Shown in pieces: positions 1 through 10,684 of a DNA stretch of 64,000 bases; the first letter of the stretch is position 1, and the number at the start of each line of letters is the position of its first letter. Made by a program: the position numbers and the translations under genes. A model generated the notes under the pieces. The model did no database searches and was not told the origin of the DNA. It worked only from the letters and a program-made list of their open reading frames with translations. Where the stretch lies: the IMG/VR virus record IMGVR_UViG_3300009430_000004, positions 1 to 64,000 of that record. One strand, written 5' to 3'.

Positions 1-1
1 C

Positions 2-1708
2 CATATTGCTCTTATCGAGAATATGGAGAAGAAGTTTAAGATACTATCTAAAATAAAGAATCATATCGTACCTAAAACATTACAGTACGGTGTATATTAT
101 GCTTATACTATTCCATATTCTGAGCTTTTCAATAAGTATTATCAGAATAAGGTAAAGGATAAGAAAAGAGGAATTGCTCTGGAATCAACAGTTGATGATG
201 AATTCGTTAAGGATTTTAAGAAAGATGCCAATATGAATTCATTCTCAGGTGATATTAAGAAGTCCTTCAAAGAATATCTTGAGGGATATGAAGTATACAA
301 TGATGAGCCAGGAATTCCTATAGTTGAAGGAGTAGAGATGTCTACTCTAACAAGCATGATTACTGATGAAAAATTCAGGAAGCGTGTTGATGAAGAATTC
401 AAAAAGGCTGGGAACAAAAAGAAAGCGTCAGTATACTCTGATGGTACTGTTAGTATGGATGAGAAGGTTGATTTTAGCAATATCAAAGATTGTTATGTTA
501 AGCTTATCGACCCAAGAAAAATAATACCAGTAAAGATACTTGACCAAACCATAGGATATTATTATATCCATGAAATTCAAATGGAGACAACAAAATCTCC
601 GTTTACAACAACTATTAAGATGAGTCCAGCAAATAATAACATAAGGGAAGTTGAAAACGTATTCTTATCTAAAATAACTGATAAGATAGTTAAAGCTTTC
701 GATAAAAAGTTCTTGGAAGAGAATGCTAAATTTAAAGAATTAATCCTGAATGCATTGACATACAATGATTTGTATAAAAAGCAGTTGAAGTTCCAGTTTA
801 TTCCTATCGACTACATCACAGAATTCAAAGTTAACGAGGATGAAGAAGGTAATGGAACATCTACACTGCTACCTTCACTGTTCTATGCAAAACTATATCT
901 AGCATTGTTAATCTTCAAGATGATTTCAATAATATCATCTTCCAATGACACAAAAGTATACTATGTTAAACAATCTGGTATTGATGCTAATGTAGTTAAT
1001 AAAATTCAGGACGTTGCTCGTTCCATTAAGGAAAAGCAAGTAAACTTCATGGATTTATTAAACTACAACTCAATGATATCAAAGATTGGACAAGGTAAAT
1101 CAATATTTATGCCTATAGGTAGGTCAGGGGAAAGAGGTATAGATTTTGATGTTATAGCAGGTCAAGACATACAACTTAATAGTGAGTTGATGGATATGTT
1201 GAGAACTGGTTACATCAATGCTACTGGTGTTCCCTCAGTCCTAATGAACTATATAAATGAAGCAGATTATGCCAAAACATTAGTTATGGCAAATGCAAAG
1301 TTTGTTGGAAGAGTAGTTAATCAACAGCTAGACTTTAATGATGCCATTACGGACTTATATAAGAAGCTGATTAAGTATTCTACTGATATTCCATCAGACT
1401 TGGTTAATGAATTTGAATTCATATTAGCTGCACCTAAGTCATTAAACAACATGAATATGGCTGACCTGATTAATAACTCAGAGCAGACATTGACATTTAT
1501 GATTAAGGCTTATACAGGTGAAAATGCTGACCAAACCGACAATCTAAACAGATTGAAGGATATACTATACAGAAGATTCGCTAAGGAATTATTGCCAATG
1601 ATGCCATGGGCTACCGCAGATAAGATATTTGAGGAAGCACAGGTTGAATTACAACAACAGGCTCTTAAGGCAAAGGATGAATCTGAAAAAGGAAATGAAA
1701 CAGAATAA
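2..1708 (+). CDS. Portal protein (5'-partial), jumbo-phage type
   Basis: Frame is open from base 2. T4 gp20/phiKZ-like portal features (KLIDPRKIIP..IGYYYI; RSGERGIDFDVIAGQ; NATGVPS). Lies convergent with the tail genes. Confidence 0.7.
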   Translation, partial: HIALIENMEKKFKILSKIKNHIVPKTLQYGVYYAYTIPYSELFNKYYQNKVKDKKRGIALESTVDDEFVKDFKKDANMNSFSGDIKKSFKEYLEGYEVYNDEPGIPIVEGVEMSTLTSMITDEKFRKRVDEEFKKAGNKKKASVYSDGTVSMDEKVDFSNIKDCYVKLIDPRKIIPVKILDQTIGYYYIHEIQMETTKSPFTTTIKMSPANNNIREVENVFLSKITDKIVKAFDKKFLEENAKFKELILNALTYNDLYKKQLKFQFIPIDYITEFKVNEDEEGNGTSTLLPSLFYAKLYLALLIFKMISIISSSNDTKVYYVKQSGIDANVVNKIQDVARSIKEKQVNFMDLLNYNSMISKIGQGKSIFMPIGRSGERGIDFDVIAGQDIQLNSELMDMLRTGYINATGVPSVLMNYINEADYAKTLVMANAKFVGRVVNQQLDFNDAITDLYKKLIKYSTDIPSDLVNEFEFILAAPKSLNNMNMADLINNSEQTLTFMIKAYTGENADQTDNLNRLKDILYRRFAKELLPMMPWATADKIFEEAQVELQQQALKAKDESEKGNETE

Positions 1709-1710
1709 AA

Positions 1711-1756
1711 ATTATAATAGTCTATACTGAGTAATCTCAGTATAGACTATTATAAT
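1711..1756. terminator. Bidirectional intrinsic terminator
   Basis: Perfect 21-bp stem ATTATAATAGTCTATACTGAG-taat-CTCAGTATAGACTATTATAAT between convergent genes. Confidence 0.9.
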
Positions 1757-1758
1757 TT

Positions 1759-2610
1759 TTATTTTGCAGGAGCATCAGCGTTTTTAGTTTCTGTCCAGTC
1801 AGTGATAGCTAATGCAGCCATCTTATCAACCATTTCAGCAGTATATCCTGAATTGAAGTTGATATAATCTCTAAGAATCTTGTACTTGTCAAGGAGCTTC
1901 TTAGCAATTTCGTTGATCTGTGGAGATTCATACTTAACTGCTGTAAACTCGATATCAGTTTGTACAAGACCATGAGTACCAGCTTCATAATTGAAATGGT
2001 CTTTCTTAACAGTTTTTGGAATCATGTTTGCAAGTAAGCAAGCATACTCGATTCCTTCAGATCTACCTGTTGGGTCAGTCTGAATGTAGAATGCTTCAGC
2101 TATATGATTAGCTTGTGCATATTTGATAGTGGAGTCTATATCCATAGCTCCATGGTAGTGACCGATTCCAGTATATGGGTCGGATATACCACTTATCCAC
2201 ATATCAGTGTACTCTCTCACTGGTGAACCAGCGAATTCATAAAGTTTCATTGTGATGGAGTTTGTTTCATCCTTAGCTACAGTTGCAACATCGAACTGTT
2301 TTCCAGCGTATCCACCAGTAATTTGTTCGAAATCAAGTGTAGTATTCTGAATTCCATCAATACCGATAAAACCATACTCTAAAAGATGCTTAAAGTTCTT
2401 TGACTGAGTAGGCATTATTGTTTCCATGAATTTAGGCATTCTTGTGAAGAATATTCTTGCATAACCTGTCTTCAATGGATCGTACTGACCTATAGCAGAT
2501 GCAGTTACGTTAGTTCCGCCTAAGAACAATGAATACGTAGTCATGTCCTTGGTGTTACTCTTAATATTCGATTGCAGAGTTTTTATATCTTCAGCTTTTA
2601 ATGCAGCCAT
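1759..2610 (-). CDS. Tail tube protein
   Basis: 283 aa directly downstream of the sheath gene. Tube-like pattern (TMKLYEFAGSPVREYTDMWISGISDPYTG). Confidence 0.7.
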   Translation of the reverse strand: MAALKAEDIKTLQSNIKSNTKDMTTYSLFLGGTNVTASAIGQYDPLKTGYARIFFTRMPKFMETIMPTQSKNFKHLLEYGFIGIDGIQNTTLDFEQITGGYAGKQFDVATVAKDETNSITMKLYEFAGSPVREYTDMWISGISDPYTGIGHYHGAMDIDSTIKYAQANHIAEAFYIQTDPTGRSEGIEYACLLANMIPKTVKKDHFNYEAGTHGLVQTDIEFTAVKYESPQINEIAKKLLDKYKILRDYINFNSGYTAEMVDKMAALAITDWTETKNADAPAK

Positions 2611-2626
2611 TTATCTCCCCTCCTTC

Positions 2627-4477
2627 TTATACTCTCTTATTAATGTCTATTTCGATAATGCCTCTCTTTGAGAGAGTTCTGTAGGTTACAGCTAAGTAGC
2701 AGTGTAATATGCTTCTTTCTGTTTCCCATGGATTCATATCGAAGTAAACTGATGCAGTTCTAACTTTTGTTCCCTTGTAGTCACTGAACATTCTGTCTGC
2801 TGTTTCTGTGAATCTTTGTCTATCCTCAGGATCAGCGAAGTTGTAAGTCAATGAACCAACAAGTGTTTCAAGCTTTCTCTTCATTTCAAGGAGAACATGC
2901 ATGTTGTTTTCCTCTGAAAGGTCAGACCAGATAAGCTGTGATGTTCCCTGAGTACCTCTTACGTAAGTTCCTTCTGATACACACTCAAAGTAGTTAACTT
3001 TAAGCTCGTACAGTTTTTCCTTAACTTCAACGTCATCAGCGTCAATCATTGGCTTTAAGCTGTTCTTAACCATTCCAGTTAAGCTAGCAACTCTTTCTCC
3101 AACAAATGGTATATGGTTTCCAGACACTCTAAAGTGAACTGGTAACTGTAATGCATAATAGTATGTTGTTGTCATTGGAATATTTTTACCGCTGAATGGA
3201 TCTCTTATCATGTAGTGTTGGCAATCCTTTGAGAATGCTCTGTCGCCAAGTCCAGACATATTTTCAGCCCAAGCAATAGCGTCAGTAGTAGTATTAAGGA
3301 TACCACCGTCGATGAATCCATAAGCGTCATATCTCTTAAGAAGTAAACCTATTAAGGCTCTCTTAACAGTATCTTCATAGTTAGCATCAAGGATTAATTC
3401 AGCAGGAGTTCTTCTCTTACTAAGAATAGCTCTGTCAAATTCTCCATTAAATGCTTTTACATAAGCAGCGTTTATAGCAGTTTCTCTTGCTTCAGGAGTT
3501 GCAGTTCCTACTGCAAAAGATCCGTCAGTACCACCTGACAGAGGAACACCTTCAACTCTATCTAATGAAACAGCACCAGTCTCAGTGTTCTTGAATACTA
3601 TCTTAGGATTTGCTACTCCTAATTTATTCTTTCCAGTGATTGGGTCAAATGTTTCAATAGTAATAGTTGTTGTTGGGTCTACTGTCTTGTACATTTCGAA
3701 TATTTTTCCTAATGCTTCTTGGTTTACATACATTCCAAGCTTTGTGCTACCGCTGTCAACATCATTAACAAGATCTTCTAAGAAAAGAGTCTTGTTTGCT
3801 TCTACAGCATCTGCGAATAATGTTCCTGAGAACAATTCTTTTCTCTTGATTCCACCTTCACTTGTAAGAACTTCTAAGATGTAGTTCTTGTAGGCGTTAT
3901 CTTTGTCTTCTTGTGGAGCAGCACCCATTCTGATTCTAAATACATCACCATAAACTCCTCTTCCTAAGGAGTAAACTCCGAATAGAGGGAAGGTTACATA
4001 TCCGTCAACATCTGGATCTTCTTCTGTCATTAAGTCTGTTAATGCAGCAAACTCATCTTTGCTAAGAAGACCATTGTGGAATAAAGCTTTATGCTTAATA
4101 TTAAGCTTTTTGTTGGCAGCATCAGTTGAATCTACCTTTACTTGTGCAAGAACTACCACGTTGGAATAAGCAGCATCGTCTGGCATAACTCTCATACACC
4201 AGCATTTTGCCTGTCCAGATGATAAAGCCGCATAAGGCATATAACCAGGCTGACCGTAAAGCTTATAATTTGGATTGCCATACTCTTCTGTATAGCCAGT
4301 TGTTGTGTCAAATGGAAGTATAACACCGTCTCGTCCCTTACCAGAAGTAAATACGTTGATAAATCTCAACCCTTCGGCAGGAGCAGAAACAGCTTCCATA
4401 AACTCGGTATTATCATTTATATAGGTCTCCACATGTGGATGCAGATACCCAGGAATTATTTGTCCTGTTCTAGGCAT
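2627..4477 (-). CDS. Tail sheath protein
   Basis: 616 aa. N-terminal HPHVETYIND and LSGGTDG; sheath C-terminal signature (QGTSQLIWSDLSEENNMHVLLEMKR...FNFADPEDRQRF). Late promoter upstream. Confidence 0.85.
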   Translation of the reverse strand: MPRTGQIIPGYLHPHVETYINDNTEFMEAVSAPAEGLRFINVFTSGKGRDGVILPFDTTTGYTEEYGNPNYKLYGQPGYMPYAALSSGQAKCWCMRVMPDDAAYSNVVVLAQVKVDSTDAANKKLNIKHKALFHNGLLSKDEFAALTDLMTEEDPDVDGYVTFPLFGVYSLGRGVYGDVFRIRMGAAPQEDKDNAYKNYILEVLTSEGGIKRKELFSGTLFADAVEANKTLFLEDLVNDVDSGSTKLGMYVNQEALGKIFEMYKTVDPTTTITIETFDPITGKNKLGVANPKIVFKNTETGAVSLDRVEGVPLSGGTDGSFAVGTATPEARETAINAAYVKAFNGEFDRAILSKRRTPAELILDANYEDTVKRALIGLLLKRYDAYGFIDGGILNTTTDAIAWAENMSGLGDRAFSKDCQHYMIRDPFSGKNIPMTTTYYYALQLPVHFRVSGNHIPFVGERVASLTGMVKNSLKPMIDADDVEVKEKLYELKVNYFECVSEGTYVRGTQGTSQLIWSDLSEENNMHVLLEMKRKLETLVGSLTYNFADPEDRQRFTETADRMFSDYKGTKVRTASVYFDMNPWETERSILHCYLAVTYRTLSKRGIIEIDINKRV

Positions 4478-4506
4478 TTTACTCGACCTCCTCGATTAAT
4501 ATATTT

Positions 4507-4518
4507 TATTAAAATGTT
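4507..4518 (-). promoter_or_regulatory. Late promoter AACA-N6-TA (sheath/tube)
   Basis: Minus strand AACA TTTTAA TA upstream of the GAGGAGG RBS. Matches the AR9 nvRNAP consensus. Confidence 0.75.
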
Positions 4519-4531
4519 CTTCTAAAGACTC

Positions 4532-5269
4532 TTACATCTTTATTATTTTTTCAATAGGTGACTCAGTTTCTTGCTTGTTGTACTTATTTATGTTCAGAGC
4601 TGAGGTAATCATTGAATCCATGTCCTCAAAAGTGAGTGCTGCAAATGTCGAGTTTCTCGCACAAATCTCACGAATGTTGGCAGTTTTATAAGCATACTCT
4701 GATGTGCTTGGGTCTTTACCTATTACCTTTGCAAATGTTTGTTCAGGTTTCTTCTTATCACGGTATATTTCTGAGATAACTACCTCCAAGACGGTGGCGG
4801 TAACCCCTAGCTTAACACCATTAAGGCTAAGATTTTTTTGCCATATTTGTAACACCTGACCATATGGAATGGTTTTAGGAATCTTACCTCTACACAGTAT
4901 GTCTAAGAAAAGTTCAACATTACTTGCATCCTGTGGGATAATATTCTTCATTATTTTTGCTCCCTTATAGAACTTGGCTATATAGTAGGATTCTACCTCA
5001 CCGTTGTCACCCTCTACTAATTGTAACTCTTTCTTTTCAATTTCTGAAGGATAAATATAAACAAGTGTTGGAAGATTGAATGTTTCCAGTTTCATTGGAG
5101 CACCCTTGTCAGTATATACTCTAGTATTAAATAGTCCGAACACTCTTAGTGATGAACCGTAATTCTCAGCTAATTGACTTTCGAAATAAAAAGCTGGTAT
5201 ATACATTTCTAGATAATGCCCATTGAAAACTATATTCTCTCCATCATCCACCAGAAAATCCTTTAACAT
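4532..5269 (-). CDS. Conserved jumbo-phage hypothetical protein (structural module)
   Basis: 245-aa ORF with GGAAGGTGAG RBS between the terminase and sheath genes. Function not recognised. Confidence 0.55.
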   Translation of the reverse strand: MLKDFLVDDGENIVFNGHYLEMYIPAFYFESQLAENYGSSLRVFGLFNTRVYTDKGAPMKLETFNLPTLVYIYPSEIEKKELQLVEGDNGEVESYYIAKFYKGAKIMKNIIPQDASNVELFLDILCRGKIPKTIPYGQVLQIWQKNLSLNGVKLGVTATVLEVVISEIYRDKKKPEQTFAKVIGKDPSTSEYAYKTANIREICARNSTFAALTFEDMDSMITSALNINKYNKQETESPIEKIIKM

Positions 5270-5311
5270 TTATCTCACCTTCCTTTCTTCATTATTAAAA
5301 AAGGGCATAAA

Positions 5312-5347
5312 AATAGAGTAAAAGTAGAAAACTACTTTTACTCTATT
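5312..5347. terminator. Intrinsic terminator
   Basis: 16-bp perfect inverted repeat AATAGAGTAAAAGTAG-aaaa-CTACTTTTACTCTATT. Confidence 0.85.
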
Positions 5348-5358
5348 GTTTTTTATAT

Positions 5359-6348
5359 TTAATAATAAAGGTCCAAAACTCTTTGGATATTTTGTAAAAA
5401 CTCCTCTTTTTCTTCAGGAGTAGTGAATCTATCTGCAAACAATGTCTTCACGTACACCATAAATTGAGATAAGAATACTCCATCACTTACCCTGTCAGCA
5501 ACATCTTTCTTGTAAGCAAAGTATCTTATTACGATGAATAAGAATAGATTTGGATACTTATGATATTTCTCAGGTAAGAATTTGATTTCAAGGTCATTGA
5601 AAGCAGTAAGGTCACTCTTAAGACCTAATCGTGCAATAGCCTTCATGTAATTCTTGTAAAGAGCTACAGACCTATCGTTATCTTTATAGTCTCTAAGTAC
5701 ATTACCAGGTCTTGAAACCTTGTGGATCTCATATATCCTGGTTAAATTCCATGCATCGTCAAAGCTATCAAGCATTCTTTGAGCTCTTTTAGCTCTAACA
5801 GCATCTCCAGCATTTTCTAAATTGCTAAGAAGTTTAGCTCTGATGCATTTTGATAAGTCGCCGAATTGAGCAACTACATCCTTAAGTTCCTCATCATGAG
5901 CCTTTAAGTCTTCTTCTAATTTAAGAACAGCTTCATCAATTTGATTGACAGCTTGTTCACTTTCTTTTAAGTATACAAGGAAGTCTCTTTTGAACTCAAA
6001 TGCTTTGAAAGCATCTTCTATTTCAACGGCAACATCAACTTCCTTACCATTAATAGTAAAGAGTTCTTTAAGTCCTTCCTCAGTTATTGCCTTAAGGTCC
6101 TCAATACTAATGTCTACTAACTTAGCTTGAACTGCTTCAAGGTCAGCAACATCACCCAGAACCTTTAATTGTTCTTTAACAATATTACCTCTCATGTCCT
6201 TCATATCTTGTAATTGCCCCTGAAGGTTAAGCAGGCTTATGGCTTTATCCATTCCAATTTGCTCATCAGCAACTATATCAGTTTCAGGAGCAACAGTGGT
6301 TCCCACCTCTTCATCTTGATTAAGTCTAATTACTTTTGATTCTTCCAT
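5359..6348 (-). CDS. Coiled-coil hypothetical protein
   Basis: 329 aa with GGGGAGG RBS and a helical, heptad-rich N-terminal half. Confidence 0.55.
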   Translation of the reverse strand: MEESKVIRLNQDEEVGTTVAPETDIVADEQIGMDKAISLLNLQGQLQDMKDMRGNIVKEQLKVLGDVADLEAVQAKLVDISIEDLKAITEEGLKELFTINGKEVDVAVEIEDAFKAFEFKRDFLVYLKESEQAVNQIDEAVLKLEEDLKAHDEELKDVVAQFGDLSKCIRAKLLSNLENAGDAVRAKRAQRMLDSFDDAWNLTRIYEIHKVSRPGNVLRDYKDNDRSVALYKNYMKAIARLGLKSDLTAFNDLEIKFLPEKYHKYPNLFLFIVIRYFAYKKDVADRVSDGVFLSQFMVYVKTLFADRFTTPEEKEEFLQNIQRVLDLYY

Positions 6349-6406
6349 TATGGATTACCTCCCCATCTTATAATTAATTTAATGTAGTTAATATGGTAAT
6401 TTTTTA

Positions 6407-7156
6407 CTACATAATCTTTTTCATAAGCTTTAGACGAACGTCGGTTTGAATCTCATCTAATACGTCATTGTAACTATCTACAATTAATTCTAGGTACTTA
6501 GTAACAAAGTTACCAGTAAGATTACCCGTATTAATCATTTGACGTAAGAATGTAGCTTCATATAACTCATCGTCAGCAGCATACTTTAAAAAGTCAAGCG
6601 GTTCTATATAAAGGTTCATTATATATTTTATTGCACTAGGCATATTAGATAATAGCAGTATGTCATCCTTATTCTTGATCTGTTTCTTTAATGATATAGA
6701 TGTAACATCCTTCTTCTTTGCCAGCTTCTCGAACTGTTCAACAAGACCTTTTTTATTTTTAATAATAAATTTGTAGATAAATCTGCTGATATTCTTCTTA
6801 TATCGCAGAATCATGAAATTGTAAAGGGCTTCTCCCAATGATACAACCTCATCGACATCATCCTCATCATAATTAATAGATAAGTCAAATTTCTCATCTA
6901 TCTCAGTGATGATAAATATGAAGAATCTAAGAAGACTGTTATTTATCTCCTTAATAGCATCTTCGTCATCTTCGTACTCTTTTTTTAATAGGTCACATTT
7001 TTCTGTAACCGTGTTGATATAATTTATGTTAGTAGATAGTGGGTCGCTTATCTGTTCTCTGATGTTCTCCTTTATAAGCTCAAATGGTAAATCCGCCAGT
7101 AAGCTTTCCACTTCTAAGTTGTTACTTAATTCAAATGCTTCGTTATCAAAAACCAT
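6407..7156 (-). CDS. Hypothetical protein (late)
   Basis: 249 aa, GGAGGGTGA RBS, late promoter at 7195-7206. Confidence 0.55.
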   Translation of the reverse strand: MVFDNEAFELSNNLEVESLLADLPFELIKENIREQISDPLSTNINYINTVTEKCDLLKKEYEDDEDAIKEINNSLLRFFIFIITEIDEKFDLSINYDEDDVDEVVSLGEALYNFMILRYKKNISRFIYKFIIKNKKGLVEQFEKLAKKKDVTSISLKKQIKNKDDILLLSNMPSAIKYIMNLYIEPLDFLKYAADDELYEATFLRQMINTGNLTGNFVTKYLELIVDSYNDVLDEIQTDVRLKLMKKIM

Positions 7157-7221
7157 TTTTATCTCACCCTCCTAAGGTTTAATATTCATTCTTTTAAAAA
7201 GTTGTTAATAAGAAAATAAAA

Positions 7222-7254
7222 AAATATATAGGAGGACATCCCTCCTATATATTT
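7222..7254 (-). terminator. Terminator after terminase
   Basis: AAATATATAGGAGG/CCTCCTATATATTT inverted repeat. Confidence 0.8.
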
Positions 7255-7255
7255 G

Positions 7256-9319
7256 TTAACTATTAAGTTCGTCGAATAAGCCCAGAGGCATGTCTCCTTC
7301 GCCTCCGAAATCATCATAGTCCTCTGCTACGTTGACACTATTTAACATCCTGTCAACATGTTGCATCTCTTTTCGTGCCCTTTGAATTTCTTCAACTAAC
7401 TTCTGATTATAATCATCCATTCCTTTAACACTAAAATCAGCAAAAGCTTGTTGAACGTCTTCAGGCATTTCTTGCATAGTCTCCTCATATGTGAGACCTC
7501 TGTTTCGTTTATCTTCATCAGGTATTTCTCCTCTTACAAATCCAAACCTGTGTAAGTTATTACCATGATAGAATACATAAAGAGCAATCAAATATGACAT
7601 AATACAGTCATCATGGAATCCTGCACCAGCTTCTATTCTACCCCTCTTAGTTCTTACAAGACTCATTAGGTCACTAATTACATTAGCACCGATAAATCTA
7701 TCTTTAAAGTCCTTAACATGGGCATCAAGTAACTGGAACATAACCTCTCTTGATTTACCTTGTGTATAAACACCATATAATTTTCTTCTTGCAGCTTGAA
7801 TCTTTAAGAATCCCTGAGCATCAAGTTTGTCATCAATATTAGCTCCAACAAAGTCTTTTGAGTTGTCGAAGTATAATTGACCATGTATATCTGTTTCTCT
7901 AAGTGCATCAAGTATTGATTCACCGTTGGCATTTCTTTCTATACAGAGTATACCTCTTGGGATATGTTTTCTAATAAGGATATATAAGAACTTAGTGAAT
8001 GTTGTCACACCAATGTATGGAGACTTAAACTCTGCAACTGTCTTGAGAGTGTATGGGTCTATTACAGTAACAGCGGAATTATCTTGACCATATCCATTAG
8101 AAACGTCGACACCTATAATATATACTCTATCTTTTCTAATTTGCTCATAAATATCAAGCTTAAATAGCTTGTTAATAAATAATTCTTCCTTAACCACACC
8201 CTTCAATTCCTCAATAGCAGCTAATTCTTCTGGTTCAAATGGAGACTCTGAAGAACCTCTCATTCTCTTTAAGAAGATTTCTCTTTGAATCTTAGCTGGG
8301 TTGTTAAGTACAGATTGACATGTCTTCTTGAACCATTCTTCATCTTTTCCTAATTGTTGATACTGATATTCGATATAGATAATACCATTACCAGAGTTAT
8401 TGGAGATATATTCATCTATATCGTTAACGTCCCAATCATAGAATTGCTCAGTCCATTTACATGTCTTTTCAATAATAAGTAATGCATCCTGACCTGGTTG
8501 TGTATCCAAGTCACCAGGTGTTGATGTGAATATACGGCAATAAGCCGCATTATTTCTCTTTGCATTTGAAGAAGCAGTATTATAAGCAGGACCTGCCGCT
8601 TCAACGATTGTCTTAATATGAGGTGTAAACTCAACCTCATCAAAGTATTGAATAGGTTGTGTACAACCTCTACCTATATTTTCAGCAGATTCAACTGAAC
8701 GTGCTGATGGTTTTGCAACTATTTTATTTCCATTGTTGGCATTGGTTAATGATTTAACATTATCAGCACCTTCAACTATCTTACCTTCATCTGTGATAGC
8801 AATCTTAAATTGTAGATATTTTGGTAATAAATCTCTTTGATCTTTTAATCTTGCTAAGTTATTATCAGCATCTTCCTGCTTCTTATTAATAAACATGAAC
8901 TCTGAGTTCGTTGTGCCAAATAAGAAAGTCCAGTCAAGTATTGCTAATGTTGATTGTGTTTTACCTATCTGTCGTGGTATAACCAAGTAGTGGTCTAAAC
9001 CATGCAAATAACACCATGTAGCAGCCAAATTGGCTCTATTAAGTTGGTAGGGGATACCCGTACCACCTTGCTCAGGTATTCTTGCTATTTCCCTCAAGAA
9101 ATACCATGGATTTATTATACACTCATTTATTATTCTCATTATCTGCTCTTCGGTTAAAAAAGGGGAGTATGGATCTACTCCCCTTAATCCCGTATCATAA
9201 AGCTTTAAAAAGAACATGTGGTCCTTAACCCCAAGAGTTTTTAAATCCTTGGCTGTTTGAAGGAAAGATATATTCTTGGTTTGAACGTCATAAATAAACT
9301 TCCTTGCCAAAGAAATCAC
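7256..9319 (-). CDS. terL: Terminase large subunit
   Basis: Walker A IPRQIGKT, Walker B YFDEVEF, RNase H-like nuclease IGVDVSNGYGQDNS and HDDCIMS. Confidence 0.92.
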   Translation of the reverse strand: MISLARKFIYDVQTKNISFLQTAKDLKTLGVKDHMFFLKLYDTGLRGVDPYSPFLTEEQIMRIINECIINPWYFLREIARIPEQGGTGIPYQLNRANLAATWCYLHGLDHYLVIPRQIGKTQSTLAILDWTFLFGTTNSEFMFINKKQEDADNNLARLKDQRDLLPKYLQFKIAITDEGKIVEGADNVKSLTNANNGNKIVAKPSARSVESAENIGRGCTQPIQYFDEVEFTPHIKTIVEAAGPAYNTASSNAKRNNAAYCRIFTSTPGDLDTQPGQDALLIIEKTCKWTEQFYDWDVNDIDEYISNNSGNGIIYIEYQYQQLGKDEEWFKKTCQSVLNNPAKIQREIFLKRMRGSSESPFEPEELAAIEELKGVVKEELFINKLFKLDIYEQIRKDRVYIIGVDVSNGYGQDNSAVTVIDPYTLKTVAEFKSPYIGVTTFTKFLYILIRKHIPRGILCIERNANGESILDALRETDIHGQLYFDNSKDFVGANIDDKLDAQGFLKIQAARRKLYGVYTQGKSREVMFQLLDAHVKDFKDRFIGANVISDLMSLVRTKRGRIEAGAGFHDDCIMSYLIALYVFYHGNNLHRFGFVRGEIPDEDKRNRGLTYEETMQEMPEDVQQAFADFSVKGMDDYNQKLVEEIQRARKEMQHVDRMLNSVNVAEDYDDFGGEGDMPLGLFDELNS

Positions 9320-9339
9320 CCCTTCAACGGTTAAATTAA

Positions 9340-10593
9340 TTAACCTTCATATCCCTTAGGATACTTTATAAATACACCATACTGTTTGTCTTTAATCTCA
9401 ATATTGAGAACTTGTTGTCTCAACTTCTCAAGTTGTGTCTTGAGAGATGTCAATGTCTGTTTTGACTGGGCAACCTTTTCAGTCTTACCCTTTTCAATAT
9501 ATTCAAGAGCTGCATTGACAAGGTCTAATTTGTCATATATAAGGTCTAGAACATATATCTTGTCATCATTGTTTTCAATCTTCTCAACTTGTATTGAAAG
9601 GAAATCTATATCACTTTGAGGAACCTTCTTCATTTTTCCGATATTATCGAAGATATCCAGAATAGATTCTCTCATCACGGTTTGACAGCCCGAAATTAGG
9701 TACTGTTCCGCAACAGCAATCTTGTAATTATCTTCCTCAGCCCCGAAGAAAGCATTCTTTATATCAGTGAATATACTCCTGACAAATATACTAGGGTTCT
9801 TTAGTATTTCAGTCTGTATAGACTGTCTTAACTTCTTCTTTCTGAACTCAAGTTCAGTTATATTGTCAATTGACCAATTTACGATAGACTTAATATCTCC
9901 ATCTATTTCATGGTCTGCTCTTTCAACAAGTCTATTTCCTTGGGATGATACTAACTTGGTAATAAAGTTGTTAAGCTCATCACCATATCCCATTTTAACA
10001 ACGAACTTGTCAGCAACCACTTCAGTATTTACACTATTGATGCGGTGGAAGTTTTTGCTGGTGCAAGCTTCAATTACTGCAATACCAAATAGCTTCCTTA
10101 TTTTATCATATCTAATAAGGTGCTTAACTGTAAAGTCAAGATTCATAATTTGGTATCTCATTACCTTATTAACCCTATGAGGGATACTATTTGAATGTAC
10201 CACATGTCCTATCTCATGTAATAGAACAGCAGTTATTTCTGATGGGTTAGCATTAAGACGATTATCGTATAATAGAAGTGAATCTATTTCTAAATGCCAC
10301 TCTGTATTCTTCTGCCAGATTTCTGACAGTGTTTCTGTATTTGATTTCTTATTAAGTATAGCCTCAACTATAGCATCTATTGTGCTCTTTTGAGGATAGA
10401 TATTCATTCCAAAGAATTGATTTGTGTCATTATTGATGATGGTGATGTTAAAATTAACATCAAACATCCTCTTCAAAACTCTCTGGATAGCAGCTATAGA
10501 ATTATGGACATCTTGCCCTGTTTTGATATTTCTAAAGCAACTTTCAATCAGTAATAAGTCTTGGGACTTTTTATTTAATTCCATCTTCTTCAC
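9340..10593 (-). CDS. HExxH zinc-metallopeptidase-like protein, probably virion-associated
   Basis: AVLLHEIGHVVH motif and downstream EVVADKF. Adjacent to the capsid gene; VMRE|S processing-like site. Confidence 0.6.
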   Translation of the reverse strand: MKKMELNKKSQDLLLIESCFRNIKTGQDVHNSIAAIQRVLKRMFDVNFNITIINNDTNQFFGMNIYPQKSTIDAIVEAILNKKSNTETLSEIWQKNTEWHLEIDSLLLYDNRLNANPSEITAVLLHEIGHVVHSNSIPHRVNKVMRYQIMNLDFTVKHLIRYDKIRKLFGIAVIEACTSKNFHRINSVNTEVVADKFVVKMGYGDELNNFITKLVSSQGNRLVERADHEIDGDIKSIVNWSIDNITELEFRKKKLRQSIQTEILKNPSIFVRSIFTDIKNAFFGAEEDNYKIAVAEQYLISGCQTVMRESILDIFDNIGKMKKVPQSDIDFLSIQVEKIENNDDKIYVLDLIYDKLDLVNAALEYIEKGKTEKVAQSKQTLTSLKTQLEKLRQQVLNIEIKDKQYGVFIKYPKGYEG

Positions 10594-10611
10594 CCTTTCT
10601 AAAAAAATAAT

Positions 10612-10648
10612 AAAACGACAACTCTCATTAAATAAGAGTTGTCGTTTT
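10612..10648 (-). terminator. Terminator after major capsid gene
   Basis: AAAACGACAACTCT/AGAGTTGTCGTTTT inverted repeat. Confidence 0.8.
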
Positions 10649-10684
10649 CATTTTTAATTTACACCTTGCCGCCTTAAGCAGCTA

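Noticed and set aside
5339-5350. Late promoter overlapping a terminator arm
   Set aside because: AACA ATAGAG TA fits the consensus but lies inside a hairpin, so coincidence cannot be excluded.
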